Below are positions 1 through 10,833 of a DNA stretch of 64,000 nt, piece after piece. This stretch comes from Polynucleobacter sp. (GTDB lineage: Bacteria > Pseudomonadota > Gammaproteobacteria > Burkholderiales > Burkholderiaceae): positions 6,565 through 70,564 of the forward strand of contig JBBAKF010000004.1 of the NCBI GenBank assembly GCA_040403635.1, given 5' to 3'. Under the pieces are notes generated by a model. That model made no database searches. It was not told where the DNA came from and saw only the letters and a list, made by a program, of their open reading frames with translations. A program made the translations under genes and the position numbers. Each line of letters starts with the position of its first letter. Position 1 is the first letter of the stretch.

Positions 1-1320
1 AACTACCTCATCACCGCGGGATTAGGGATAGGCAGTTATTTCTTTTTATTACTTTGGATTGCAAACAATTTACGATTAAGTGCTTTGGTGCTTGGGGGTT
101 TTGTTGGGGCTTGTGTCATCTTTGCTACAAGTGCGTATTTACTCTCTGTCTGGATTGGTAAATATTTTGGCAATATGAAGAGCTCCACACCAGGTTTACG
201 CTATACAGCACAGAGGATCGCGGGTAATCCTTCTTGGATGAGTTTTCAGATGAGTGCTCTTGGCATTGCCATGTTAGCTATCTTATTGTTAATTGTGATT
301 CGCTTTAATGTTTTGAGTGCATGGGAAGCAAGTGTTCCACCGGGATCTAACAATCGCTTCATATTAAATGTCATGCCAGATCAAAAAGATGAGGTTGCAA
401 AATTTTTGCAGCAGGAATTACGTAACCCAGATTTTGACTCTTACCCCATGATTCGTGGGCGTTTAATGGCGATCAATCAGCGGGAGATCCGTGGTACGGA
501 TTATGCAGATCAAAATACACAACGCTTAGTGGAGCGAGAGTTTAATTTATCGTACGCCGACCAAATCCCCGTCAAAAATAAAATCATCGCAGGGCAGTGG
601 TTTGACACCGCAGAACCTATGCAGGTCTCGATGGAGAAAGGCATGATGCGGTCCTTACGCTTAAAGCTGGGTGATGAGCTCCTCTTTGAGGTGGCAGGGC
701 AATCCTATCGCGTCAAAATTACTTCGGTCAGAAAGCTAGATTGGAATTCGATGCGGGTAAATTTCTTTGCCATGATGCCACCACAGCTTTTAAAAGATGC
801 CCCACAAAGTTGGATTATGGCATTTCGACAAGAGGTGGATCAGCGTGTGGACAGTGATTTAATCAATCGTTTTCCAAATATCACCTCAGTGAATATACAA
901 GAATCGATCTCACAAGCTCAGGATATCCTTAAGCAATTAATCTTTGCAATTCAGGTACTGTTTTTATTTACCCTTTTAGCGGGCTTCGTAGTATTGATGA
1001 TTGCACTTATTTCGGTTCAAGAACAGCGAATGAATGAAGTGGCGATCTTAAAAACCTTGGGAGCTAATCAACTCTTTTTAACCCGAATTTGGTTAATTGA
1101 ACTGATCATGTGTGGTGGTGTTGCTGGATTTTTGAGCGGGCTATTTGCTAGTTTTGCGGGTTGGTATTTATCGAATTATTTATTAGAAATCGACATGCAT
1201 TTTCCTTACTGGACTTTATTGATTGGCGTCCTCTTAGGAATCCTGATCAACTCATTGGCGAGCTTTTGGTTACGCATCAAAACATTACATGCATCCCCAT
1301 CGATGATCCTTAAATCTTAG
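1..1320 (+). CDS. ABC transporter permease, FtsX/YbbP-like (5'-partial)
   Basis: Frame is open from base 1, upstream of the track start at 85. Multiple TM helices flank a soluble domain. Motifs 'YPMIRGRL..IN', 'REFNLSY' and 'E..EVAILKTLGA' are typical of YbbP-like permeases. Confidence 0.8.
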   Translation, partial: NYLITAGLGIGSYFFLLLWIANNLRLSALVLGGFVGACVIFATSAYLLSVWIGKYFGNMKSSTPGLRYTAQRIAGNPSWMSFQMSALGIAMLAILLLIVIRFNVLSAWEASVPPGSNNRFILNVMPDQKDEVAKFLQQELRNPDFDSYPMIRGRLMAINQREIRGTDYADQNTQRLVEREFNLSYADQIPVKNKIIAGQWFDTAEPMQVSMEKGMMRSLRLKLGDELLFEVAGQSYRVKITSVRKLDWNSMRVNFFAMMPPQLLKDAPQSWIMAFRQEVDQRVDSDLINRFPNITSVNIQESISQAQDILKQLIFAIQVLFLFTLLAGFVVLMIALISVQEQRMNEVAILKTLGANQLFLTRIWLIELIMCGGVAGFLSGLFASFAGWYLSNYLLEIDMHFPYWTLLIGVLLGILINSLASFWLRIKTLHASPSMILKS

Positions 1321-1323
1321 TTA

Positions 1324-1857
1324 TTATCTTGGTGTTTTAGGTATTAAAATTAATTTAGTTTTGGCTAATCGATCTGGAAGTGATTGTGGCCCATGGGGGT
1401 TGCCTCGATCAAATAAACAGGTGATTGGCCAAAAAAATAGAACCATAGTAAACATCAGTATTAAGGTTGGCCAGTTCCCTAGCGGCAACATAAAAAAATA
1501 TTTAAACAGGATGTAAATCAAGACTGTTGGGATTAACCAAAGCGTGGAGATTGCGTAACGGATTAAGGCTTGATTTCTGTTAAGAAGTTGTTCTTGCTCA
1601 TTCACCATTTTGATATGCCAAGTTTGCATGGCGAGTGTTTGACCATGATTTGTCCAATACCATGTGAAGTAAAGGCCGAAAAGAAGATACACATGGCCAA
1701 AGGCTACCCAATTCGGGACCCGAAAGTCAAAAACAACGCCAAGTATGAGCGATGGTACGAGATAGCCTAAGGCCCACACGCCGACTAAGATGAGCATTTC
1801 ATAAAGCGTCAGCGTAATGCGACGACGAATACTAGGAGCTGGGGAGATGACTTGCAA
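1324..1857 (-). CDS. RDD family membrane protein
   Basis: N-terminal 'APSIRRR', central 'GQTLAMQTW', C-terminal 'QSLPDRLAKT' and three hydrophobic segments. TTG start. Confidence 0.8.
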   Translation of the reverse strand: MQVISPAPSIRRRITLTLYEMLILVGVWALGYLVPSLILGVVFDFRVPNWVAFGHVYLLFGLYFTWYWTNHGQTLAMQTWHIKMVNEQEQLLNRNQALIRYAISTLWLIPTVLIYILFKYFFMLPLGNWPTLILMFTMVLFFWPITCLFDRGNPHGPQSLPDRLAKTKLILIPKTPR

Positions 1858-1869
1858 GATACGAAGTAA

Positions 1870-2340
1870 TTAGTTTTTAAGGGACGGTGAGTTTACTAAA
1901 GATGGTTTTTTAGGCTTATTTTTTTCAGCAGCCTCATCAGCTAATGACTTTTTTTCTTCAGGAGATAACTGCTGATAGGCATCCCATGCTTCTGACTTTT
2001 TATCGTTAGGAATATTTTGGCTTTTAATAAAATTAGCTCTAGCAAGACGACGATCTTTAGGAGACAGCTTAGACCAGTCAGACATCCGAGATTTAAGTCT
2101 TTCGCGCTCAACTTCAGGAAGCTTCTCGTAGCGATTCGCGAGTTGGATCCACTTAGTGCGTTGCTCCGGGGATAAGGTTTGCCAATCCTCTTCAAGACTC
2201 GCTAAAGTATCTTTTTGCGCAGTATTTAAGCTAGTCCAAGTTGGATTGGGATTAATAACCACTTGAGCAAGACTTGGCGGTAATTGGCTTAAGCTAGCGA
2301 ATACAAAGGCAAAACTTAAAAAAATTCGTCTAATCTTCAT
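1870..2340 (-). CDS. DUF3106-like exported helical-repeat protein
   Basis: Signal-peptide-like N-terminus and repeated W..L(S/T)..(Q/E)(R/K) units. Sits between DUF3619 and RDD genes, as usual in Betaproteobacteria. Confidence 0.7.
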   Translation of the reverse strand: MKIRRIFLSFAFVFASLSQLPPSLAQVVINPNPTWTSLNTAQKDTLASLEEDWQTLSPEQRTKWIQLANRYEKLPEVERERLKSRMSDWSKLSPKDRRLARANFIKSQNIPNDKKSEAWDAYQQLSPEEKKSLADEAAEKNKPKKPSLVNSPSLKN

Positions 2341-2362
2341 CGGGCTGGGTGCCTATAAATAC

Positions 2363-2926
2363 TTACTGGTTGGTGCTAATGTCGGCAACACGACCCGTAC
2401 TTGGCTCCGAAGAAGCTTGTTCTGGTGTGCTTACTGGGTTTTGCTCTGTACTTATTGTTGAATCTGAGACAACGTTACTTTTTTCCGCCTCAGCTGCATT
2501 GAGCATTTTCTTCAAAAATAGTTTGAAACCGTCATCAATATAGGCATCTGGAGGGACGGGGTCTGTAAGAATTGCTGCATCAACATCGGCAATATCATTA
2601 ATTCGGGCGCTCTGTTGCCATTGGGCAATACCAAAAACGAGCAATAGAACCAAAACAATAGGACTCAGGGGACTAAGACTTGGCAAAAAGTTAAGTTTGT
2701 TTGCAATCAATCGCAATGGAGATATGCTCACTACTTTGTGCTGGGATAAAGCTAAATTTCTAGCCTTATCAAGACCTTGCAAAACTTTCGGAGAAAGATA
2801 AGACAATTCTTTATCGAGTGAGCGCGCCACAGTCTTACCCATTTGCTCAACATACAGCTCGTCAGCGGTCAGCTGTGTGTTCAGCGGAGCGTTAAGTGAT
2901 GAGATATTTGTTTGTGATAAGTTCAT
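2363..2926 (-). CDS. DUF3619-like single-pass membrane protein, putative anti-sigma factor
   Basis: Directly downstream of an ECF sigma gene. 'L.KAR..AL' N-domain, one TM (PIVLVLLLVFGIAQW), then 'DAAILTDPVPPDAYIDDGF'. Confidence 0.7.
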   Translation of the reverse strand: MNLSQTNISSLNAPLNTQLTADELYVEQMGKTVARSLDKELSYLSPKVLQGLDKARNLALSQHKVVSISPLRLIANKLNFLPSLSPLSPIVLVLLLVFGIAQWQQSARINDIADVDAAILTDPVPPDAYIDDGFKLFLKKMLNAAEAEKSNVVSDSTISTEQNPVSTPEQASSEPSTGRVADISTNQ

Positions 2927-2938
2927 AATCTAACAATT

Positions 2939-3505
2939 CTAAAAAGTAATGCCCAGTTTCTTTAAAGCTGCAGCAAGAGTTTGGCTAGCTCTTGAGCAGT
3001 GCGTTTTAACACTTCCTTCACTGCATCCCATAGCAATCGCAGTCTCAGAAATATCTAGCTCCTCCCAATAACGCATGAGGAAGGCTTCGCGTTGACGTCT
3101 TGGAAGCTTTTCTATCTCTTTTTCTAAAATTGTTGATAATTCCATTCTTTCGAGTTGTAACGAAGATTCTTTACCGAAGCTCGAATCCTCAGAATTTTCA
3201 AAAAAGTCTTGAGGATCAATATCATCCCCATCACTATTTTTACCAAATTTAGAAAAGAGAGTGACCCAGGTATTACGTACTTTTTGGCGCCTAAACCAAT
3301 CTTTAGTACAGTTTTGCACAATTCTTGTGAAAAGTAATGGTAATTCTTCTATATTTTTTTGGCCATAACTTTGCACAAGTTTAATCATTGAGTCTTGCAC
3401 AATATCCAAAGCAGCATCTTCGTCTCTGACTGAATAAAGTACTTGCTTAAAAGCGCGTCTTTCGCTTGCTTTCAAAAAGTCAGAAAGTTCTTTTTCGGAT
3501 GCCAT
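2939..3505 (-). CDS. ECF-type RNA polymerase sigma-70 factor
   Basis: 188 aa with region 2 ('AALDIVQDSMIKL') and region 4 ('LPRRQREAFLMRYWEELDISETA..MGCSEGSVKTH'). Confidence 0.9.
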   Translation of the reverse strand: MASEKELSDFLKASERRAFKQVLYSVRDEDAALDIVQDSMIKLVQSYGQKNIEELPLLFTRIVQNCTKDWFRRQKVRNTWVTLFSKFGKNSDGDDIDPQDFFENSEDSSFGKESSLQLERMELSTILEKEIEKLPRRQREAFLMRYWEELDISETAIAMGCSEGSVKTHCSRASQTLAAALKKLGITF

Positions 3506-3709
3506 GGGCTAAATTTTAGACTTTAATTGGAGATTTTTGTAGGAAACAATTGGAGAAGTGTAATACAATTATAAGTTCGCTTGTACTAAACCTTTCAAAA
3601 GATGGATTGAGACCGATACAAGCAAAGAGTTCGACGTTTGGCCACAAGCAAAACTGAGAACAGACCAACCAATTTTTTGCCGAAAATTGCAAAGGACTAG
3701 AAAGAAGAT

Positions 3710-5482
3710 ATGAATACGATAAAAGATGTTGCATCCCTTGATGCTTTGAATCAAAACCCCCAAAACCTCCCTGAACTGATTGGCGCCGAAATACTAGTTC
3801 GTGCTCTAGCAGAAGAAGACGTCGAATTTGTTTGGGGTTACCCCGGTGGATCTGTTTTATATATTTACGACGAGATCCACAAACAAGATAAGTTTGAACA
3901 CATATTGGTTCGCCATGAGCAAGGTGCTGTCCATGCTGCAGATGGTTACGCTCGGGCAACAGGAAATGTTGGCGTTGCTCTTGTGACGTCTGGTCCTGGA
4001 GTGACCAATGCGGTAACTGGTATTGCTACAGCTTATATGGACTCCATACCGCTTGTTGTGATTACGGGCAATGTGCCTTCTAACATGATTGGTGAGGATG
4101 CTTTTCAAGAGTGCGATACAGTTGGAATTACTAGACCAATTGTTAAACACAATTTTTTAGTTAAAGACGTCAAAGATCTTGCTTTGACCATTAAAAAAGC
4201 GTTCCATATTGCCAGAACAGGTCGTCCAGGCCCAGTGGTGATCGATATCCCGAAAGATATTTCGTTTCATAAAACGCCTTATGAGTATCCTGAAACCGTA
4301 GATATGCGCTCTTATAGTCCAGTACTGAAGGGACATTCTGGTCAAATACGTAAAGCAATTAGCCTTTTACGTGAAGCAGAAAGACCCTACATTTATACCG
4401 GTGGTGGTGTCATTTTGGCAAATGCTTCGGCTGAGTTAAAAGAATTTGCTGAGTTATTAGGCTATCCCGTCACCAATACATTGATGGGCCTTGGTGGTTT
4501 TCCAGGTACGCATCCTAATTTCTTAGGAATGCCAGGTATGCATGGCACATATGAAGCCAATATGACAATGCAGCACTCGGATGTAGTGATTGCGATTGGT
4601 GCGCGTTTTGATGATCGCGTGATTGGTAATCCTGCGCATTTTATGAGTTTGCCACGTAAAGTAATACACATCGATATTGATCCATCAGTCATCTCTAAAA
4701 GAGTTCGGGCAGATGTACCAATTGTTGGTAACTTAAAAGAAGTATTACAGGAAATGATCGTCCAGTTACGTGCTGCCGGTCCTCTGAAGAATAAGTTGGC
4801 AACGGATGCATGGTGGCATCAAATCAACGAATGGCGTAAAACAGATTGCTTGAAATACGATCGGGAGTCGCAGATTGTTAAGCCGCAATATGTTGTAGAG
4901 ACTTTATCTAAGCTTACCGAAGGTGATGCATTTATTTGTTCAGATGTTGGTCAACATCAAATGTGGGCAGCCCAGTTCTATAAATTTAACAAACCCCGTC
5001 GTTGGATTAATTCAGGTGGTTTGGGTACGATGGGTGTTGGTTTGCCGTATGCGATGGGCATCAAAAAAGCCTTCCCAGATGAGACTGTCTGTGCGATTAC
5101 AGGTGAGGGGTCTATCCAAATGTGTATTCAGGAACTCTCGACTTGTTTGCAATATGACACACCGATCAAAATTATTTCTTTAAATAATCGCTATTTGGGC
5201 ATGGTACGGCAGTGGCAAGAGCTCAGTTACAGCAAACGCTATTCACATTCCTATATGGATTCATTGCCAGACTTTGTGAAATTAGCAGAAGCCTATGGTC
5301 ATATGGGAATGCGAATCGAGAAAAAATCTGATGTTGAAGGGGCTTTACGTGAAGCTTTAGCGATGAAAACGCGTACGGTATTTATGGATTTTCAGACTGA
5401 CCCATCAGAAAACGTTTGGCCGATGGTTCAGGCTGGCAAGGGTATTACCGAGATGATCTTAGGTTCGGAGAACGCGGAATGA
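3710..5482 (+). CDS. ilvB: Acetolactate synthase large subunit
   Basis: 'GYPGG', 'RHEQGAVHAADGYAR', 'TSGPG', 'SDVGQHQMW' and the ThDP-binding 'GEGS...LNN' motif. Confidence 0.96.
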   Translation: MNTIKDVASLDALNQNPQNLPELIGAEILVRALAEEDVEFVWGYPGGSVLYIYDEIHKQDKFEHILVRHEQGAVHAADGYARATGNVGVALVTSGPGVTNAVTGIATAYMDSIPLVVITGNVPSNMIGEDAFQECDTVGITRPIVKHNFLVKDVKDLALTIKKAFHIARTGRPGPVVIDIPKDISFHKTPYEYPETVDMRSYSPVLKGHSGQIRKAISLLREAERPYIYTGGGVILANASAELKEFAELLGYPVTNTLMGLGGFPGTHPNFLGMPGMHGTYEANMTMQHSDVVIAIGARFDDRVIGNPAHFMSLPRKVIHIDIDPSVISKRVRADVPIVGNLKEVLQEMIVQLRAAGPLKNKLATDAWWHQINEWRKTDCLKYDRESQIVKPQYVVETLSKLTEGDAFICSDVGQHQMWAAQFYKFNKPRRWINSGGLGTMGVGLPYAMGIKKAFPDETVCAITGEGSIQMCIQELSTCLQYDTPIKIISLNNRYLGMVRQWQELSYSKRYSHSYMDSLPDFVKLAEAYGHMGMRIEKKSDVEGALREALAMKTRTVFMDFQTDPSENVWPMVQAGKGITEMILGSENAE

Positions 5483-5970
5483 GGCATATTATTTCGGTAC
5501 TCCTAGAAAATGAACCTGGTGCTTTGTCCCGTGTTGTGGGTTTGTTTTCTGCGCGTGGCTACAATATCGAGAGTTTAACGGTAGCACCCACAGAAGACCC
5601 ATCACTTTCACGAATGACGATTGTTACTAACGGCTCGGATGAAGTGATTGAGCAGATCACTAAACATTTGAACCGTTTGGTTGAGGTTGTGAAAGTTTAT
5701 GATCTGACAGATGGTGCACATACTGAGCGTGAACTCATGTTGATTAAAGTGCGTGCTGTAGGAAAAGAACGTGAAGAAATGAAGCGTACTACGGATATTT
5801 TCCGGGGGCGCGTGATTGATGTCACAGATAAGAGTTACACAATTGAGTTAACTGGCGATTCCGCAAAGTTAGATGCATTTATTGAATCAATTGATAAGAC
5901 AGCCATTTTAGAAACTGTGCGAACAGGAGCTTCTGGAATTGGCCGTGGTGAGAGAATTTTACGGGTTTAA
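5479..5970 (+). CDS. ilvH: Acetolactate synthase small regulatory subunit
   Basis: ACT domain 'MRHIISVLLENEPGALSRVVGLFSARGYNIESL'. Start set at ATG 5479, which overlaps the ilvB stop (ATGA). Confidence 0.95.
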   Translation: MRHIISVLLENEPGALSRVVGLFSARGYNIESLTVAPTEDPSLSRMTIVTNGSDEVIEQITKHLNRLVEVVKVYDLTDGAHTERELMLIKVRAVGKEREEMKRTTDIFRGRVIDVTDKSYTIELTGDSAKLDAFIESIDKTAILETVRTGASGIGRGERILRV

Positions 5971-6015
5971 AATTCGTAAACAGGTGTTGAAGTTCATGAT
6001 TACAACGATATTTAA

Positions 6016-7044
<1,029 letters not shown>

Positions 7045-7047
7045 TAG

Positions 7048-7701
7048 ATGTCATCTTATAAGCACCCCATTATTGCTCGAGAGGGATGGACCTATTTATT
7101 AGGCTTGGGCATAGTTGCTCTCATCGTCATGAAATTTTTTGGGGTGTATTATTCATTGCCATTATGGATTGTCTTTCTTTTTGTATTGCAATTTTTTCGA
7201 GATCCGCCAAGGTTAGTGCCTGTGGCTCCCAATGCGGTATTAGCTCCAGCGGATGGTCGAATTGTTGCAGTTGAAAAGACATATGACGACTATGCGCAAA
7301 GAGATGCCTTAAAAATTAGCATCTTTATGAATGTATTTAATGTGCATTCGAATAGGATTGCTGTCGATGGCAGAATTAAATCTATTACGTATTTCCCAGG
7401 GAAGTTTTTTAATGCGGATTTAGACAAAGCTTCTACTGATAATGAGAGAAATGCTGTCGTCATTGAGAGTAATCAGCATATTATTACTCTTGTCCAAGTG
7501 GCTGGATTAATTGCACGACGTATTTTATGTTACGCCCGTGTTGGAGATTTGGTCAGAAAGGGCGAGCGTTATGGTTTTATTCGTTTTGGCTCAAGAGTTG
7601 ACGTCTATTTGCCTTTGGCAGCTGAACCTCTAGTTAGTGTAGGTGATAAGGTCTACGCAACAAGTACTTTACTTGCAATACTCAGTCATTTAGACAAATG
7701 A
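7048..7701 (+). CDS. psd: Phosphatidylserine decarboxylase proenzyme
   Basis: 'FFRDP', '[13 protein letters not shown]' and the self-cleavage motif 'FGSRVD'. Confidence 0.93.
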   Translation: MSSYKHPIIAREGWTYLLGLGIVALIVMKFFGVYYSLPLWIVFLFVLQFFRDPPRLVPVAPNAVLAPADGRIVAVEKTYDDYAQRDALKISIFMNVFNVHSNRIAVDGRIKSITYFPGKFFNADLDKASTDNERNAVVIESNQHIITLVQVAGLIARRILCYARVGDLVRKGERYGFIRFGSRVDVYLPLAAEPLVSVGDKVYATSTLLAILSHLDK

Positions 7702-8537
7702 AGCCCAGAGTCAGGCCAAAACGTCCTAAGATATTTAGTCGCACCAGAGTCAATCGACGTCGTCAAATCGAGCTTCTTGATTTTGAAGGGGACGATCACG
7801 AGGAATTAGTAGAGCGCCCCCGTAATAAAGCGATTTACCTGCTACCCAACGCGTTTACAACAGGAGCCTTATTTTTTGGCTTTTTTGCCATTGTGCAAGC
7901 GATGAACCAAAATTGGGAAACGGCTTCAATGGCGATTTTTTGTTCATTGATTTTAGATGGCATGGATGGGCGTGTCGCGCGGATGACACATACTCAAAGC
8001 GCATTTGGAGAGCAGTATGACTCATTGGCAGATATGGTTTCTTTCGGCGTGGCACCAGCATTGGTAGCTTATGAGTGGGCCCTCAAGGGTTTAGGAAAAT
8101 GGGGCTGGGTTGCGGCATTTATTTATTGTGCCGGTGCAGCACTCAGGTTAGCTCGATTTAATATTAGTACAGGCGTCGTTGATAAGCGATTTTTTCAAGG
8201 CTTACCAAGTCCAGCAGCAGCTTCTATTGTGGCAGGATTTGTTTGGTTAGCTGAGGATAACCACTTACCTGTTAAAGATGCTGCCATACCATGGACGATG
8301 TTTTTTCTAACTGTATATGCCGGTATTACGATGGTCTCTAATGCCAAATTCTATAGTGGCAAGGCTCTAGATATCCGTTATAAAGTATCTTTTGGTGTTA
8401 TGGTTTTTGTCATTTTAGGATTGGTCTTGATGACGACTTATCCTCCGCTCACTATATTTTGTTTTTTCTTGGTTTATGCCCTATCAGGATATGTATTATG
8501 GGTTTTGGAATACTTCAAAGCATACAAGGCCCAGTAA
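7698..8537 (+). CDS. pssA: CDP-diacylglycerol--serine O-phosphatidyltransferase
   Basis: CDP-alcohol phosphotransferase motif 'DGMDGRVAR...[12 protein letters not shown]'. ATGA overlap with psd. Confidence 0.93.
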   Translation: MKPRVRPKRPKIFSRTRVNRRRQIELLDFEGDDHEELVERPRNKAIYLLPNAFTTGALFFGFFAIVQAMNQNWETASMAIFCSLILDGMDGRVARMTHTQSAFGEQYDSLADMVSFGVAPALVAYEWALKGLGKWGWVAAFIYCAGAALRLARFNISTGVVDKRFFQGLPSPAAASIVAGFVWLAEDNHLPVKDAAIPWTMFFLTVYAGITMVSNAKFYSGKALDIRYKVSFGVMVFVILGLVLMTTYPPLTIFCFFLVYALSGYVLWVLEYFKAYKAQ

Positions 8538-8557
8538 ATAGTGGCCTGAGCAGAAAA

Positions 8558-8586
8558 ATGACACAAACGTCATTTCGGTGTATAGT
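8558..8586 (+). promoter_or_regulatory. Putative sigma70 promoter for the leuA leader
   Basis: ATGACA (8558-8563), 17-bp spacer, TATAGT (8581-8586). Confidence 0.6.
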
Positions 8587-8592
8587 AAAACT

Positions 8593-8679
8593 ATGAATTG
8601 CAAACTTCAATCTTTATTATTGTTAAACCTACTAGGACTTGATCTAAAAATCGGGGCCGGTGTAAGGGCGCATCAATAA
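8593..8679 (+). CDS. leuL: Leucine-rich leuA attenuator leader peptide (28 aa)
   Basis: Manual translation gives MNCKLQSLLLLNLLGLDLKIGAGVRAHQ*, with 9 Leu of 28 including TTA-TTA-TTG-TTA and CTA-CTA. It precedes a terminator hairpin and leuA. Not in the ORF track. Confidence 0.8.
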   Translation: MNCKLQSLLLLNLLGLDLKIGAGVRAHQ

Positions 8680-8705
8680 AAGAAAAGATTGAAGCTCACC
8701 ATACC

Positions 8706-8737
8706 AGCCCCAGCAAATTTGCTGGGGTTTTTGTTTT
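8706..8737 (+). terminator. Attenuator (intrinsic terminator) upstream of leuA
   Basis: CCCCAGCA-AATT-TGCTGGGG (8708-8727) followed by TTTTTGTTTT. Its 5' arm can instead pair with 8653-8663. Confidence 0.85.
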
Positions 8738-8764
8738 AAGATAGGCTGTAATAGGAGAATGAAA

Positions 8765-10324
8765 ATGAATCAAATGACCGATGACAAAGTGATTATTTTT
8801 GACACCACGCTCAGAGATGGGGAGCAATCGCCAGGCGCGTCGATGACTAAGGACGAGAAAGTGCGTATTGCAAGACAACTTGAACGCTTAAAGGTTGACG
8901 TCATTGAAGCTGGTTTTGCTGCGAGCTCACCAGGTGATTTTGAGGCAATTAAAGCGGTTGCGGCCGCTGTGAAGGACTCTACGGTTTGTTCATTAGCCAG
9001 AGCGAATGATAAGGATATTTCACGGGCAGCAGAGGCTTTAAAACCAGCGAACTCAAAGAGAATTCATACATTTATTGCAACGAGTGCTTTGCATATGGAG
9101 ATGAAATTAAGGATGACTCCTGAGCAAGTTTTAGAGCAAGCGATTCAGTCTGTAAGATTTGCTAGGAATTTCACGGATGATATTGAATTCTCACCGGAAG
9201 ATGGTTATCGCTCAGACCCTGAGTTTTTGTATCGAGTTCTGGAGGCGGTTATTCAAGAAGGGGCAACTACGATTAATGTTCCAGACACGGTGGGATATGC
9301 CATTCCTGAGTTGTATGGAGAATTTATATTGGACCTCAGAAATAAAATCCCGAATTCTGATAAGGCTGTTTGGTCAGTTCATTGCCACAATGATCTCGGT
9401 TTAGGGGTTGCAAATTCTTTAGCAGGAATCCGTATTGGAGGTGCTCGGCAGGTCGAGTGCACGATTAATGGATTAGGGGAGCGTGCAGGTAATACCTCGT
9501 TAGAAGAGATTGTCATGGCACTAAGAACGCGAAGAGACTACTTTCATTTAATGACTGGTATTGATGCTACGCAAATTGTGCCGAGCTCGAAAATGGTCTC
9601 TCAAATTACAGGGTTTGTCGTACAGCCTAATAAAGCGGTTGTAGGCGCTAATGCATTTGCACATGCCTCCGGAATCCATCAAGATGGCGTACTCAAAGCT
9701 AGAAATACCTATGAAATCATGCGAGCTGAGGATGTAGGCTGGAGTGCTAATAAGATTGTTTTGGGTAAGTTGTCAGGCCGAAATGCCTTCAAACAACGTC
9801 TTCAAGAATTAGGAGTGTCACTCGAGTCAGAGAGTGATATCAATGAAGCGTTTGGTCGTTTTAAGGCTTTAGCTGATCAAAAAAGTGAGATTTTTGACGA
9901 AGACATCTTAGCGATCGTATCGAATGCTGATGTCAAAGATGGTTCTGACCATTATCGCTTTGTCTCTTTAGCGCAGCATTCTGAGACTGGAGAAAAACCT
10001 CAATCGAAGATTGTTTTACAAGTAGGCGGGCAGGAGTGTGAAACTTCTGCAAATGGCAATGGACCGGTAGATGCAACGCTTAATGCGATCGAGCAACAGG
10101 CTAAAAGTGGCGCAGAGTTACTTTTATATTCGGTTAACGCCATTACCACAGGGACACAATCTCAGGGGGAAGTGACAGTAAGATTGGCTAAAGGAGGGCG
10201 CGTTGTCAATGGGGTAGGCACTGATCCTGACATTATTGCCGCATCGGCAAAAGCGTATTTAGCCGCCTTAAATAGACTGCATGATCCTTCGCAAGAGAAA
10301 TTAAACGCCCAAATGGCGACTTAA
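8765..10324 (+). CDS. leuA: 2-isopropylmalate synthase
   Basis: 'DTTLRDGEQ', 'PDTVG', 'HCHNDLG', 'GERAGN' and a C-terminal regulatory domain. AGGAG at 8753-8757 favours ATG 8765 over 8759. Confidence 0.96.
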   Translation: MNQMTDDKVIIFDTTLRDGEQSPGASMTKDEKVRIARQLERLKVDVIEAGFAASSPGDFEAIKAVAAAVKDSTVCSLARANDKDISRAAEALKPANSKRIHTFIATSALHMEMKLRMTPEQVLEQAIQSVRFARNFTDDIEFSPEDGYRSDPEFLYRVLEAVIQEGATTINVPDTVGYAIPELYGEFILDLRNKIPNSDKAVWSVHCHNDLGLGVANSLAGIRIGGARQVECTINGLGERAGNTSLEEIVMALRTRRDYFHLMTGIDATQIVPSSKMVSQITGFVVQPNKAVVGANAFAHASGIHQDGVLKARNTYEIMRAEDVGWSANKIVLGKLSGRNAFKQRLQELGVSLESESDINEAFGRFKALADQKSEIFDEDILAIVSNADVKDGSDHYRFVSLAQHSETGEKPQSKIVLQVGGQECETSANGNGPVDATLNAIEQQAKSGAELLLYSVNAITTGTQSQGEVTVRLAKGGRVVNGVGTDPDIIAASAKAYLAALNRLHDPSQEKLNAQMAT

Positions 10325-10348
10325 ACAGCTCATATGAAAGTAAATATT

Positions 10349-10376
10349 TTGAAAAGACAATGTTTTTTGCTATAAT
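10349..10376 (+). promoter_or_regulatory. Putative sigma70 promoter for rpsO
   Basis: TTGAAA, 16-bp spacer, TATAAT (10371-10376) with an extended -10 (TGc). Confidence 0.65.
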
Positions 10377-10484
10377 AAAAGGCTATCTTATTGAAAAGAG
10401 ATAGATTTTTTAATCACGGCACAAGAGGTTTATTTCACGAATAAGTGAGGCAAACTTGGGTGTTCGCAAGTAAGGAGTAATACG

Positions 10485-10754
10485 ATGAGTGTCAATACCG
10501 AAGCTAAAGCAGGAATTGTTAAAGAGCACGCCCGTGCTGCCAATGATACTGGTAGTCCAGAAGTGCAAGTGGCGCTTTTAACTGCTCGCATTAATGATTT
10601 AACACCGCATTTCAAGGCAAATTTAAAAGATCACCATAGCCGTCGTGGCTTGTTAAAGATGGTATCTCGCCGTCGTCGTCTTTTAGATTACCTTAAAGGT
10701 AAAGATTTAGATCGTTATAAGACGTTAATTGAGAAATTAGGTTTACGTAAGTAA
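10485..10754 (+). CDS. rpsO: 30S ribosomal protein S15
   Basis: '[15 protein letters not shown]', '[21 protein letters not shown]', 'LGLRK'. SD TAAGGAG at 10471-10477. Confidence 0.98.
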   Translation: MSVNTEAKAGIVKEHARAANDTGSPEVQVALLTARINDLTPHFKANLKDHHSRRGLLKMVSRRRRLLDYLKGKDLDRYKTLIEKLGLRK

Positions 10755-10761
10755 ATCAAAT

Positions 10762-10795
10762 ATGCCCGCAGATGATTTGCGGGCATTATTGTTTT
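10762..10795 (+). terminator. Intrinsic terminator after rpsO
   Basis: ATGCCCGCA / TGCGGGCAT stem followed by TATTGTTTT. Confidence 0.75.
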
Positions 10796-10833
10796 ATCAG
10801 TTGTAATAGGCTTGGATTTATAAAGAAATAAAT

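Noticed and set aside
3516-3959. 147-aa minus-strand ORF overlapping the ilvB start
   Set aside because: Antisense shadow of a conserved gene, with no recognisable motif or RBS.
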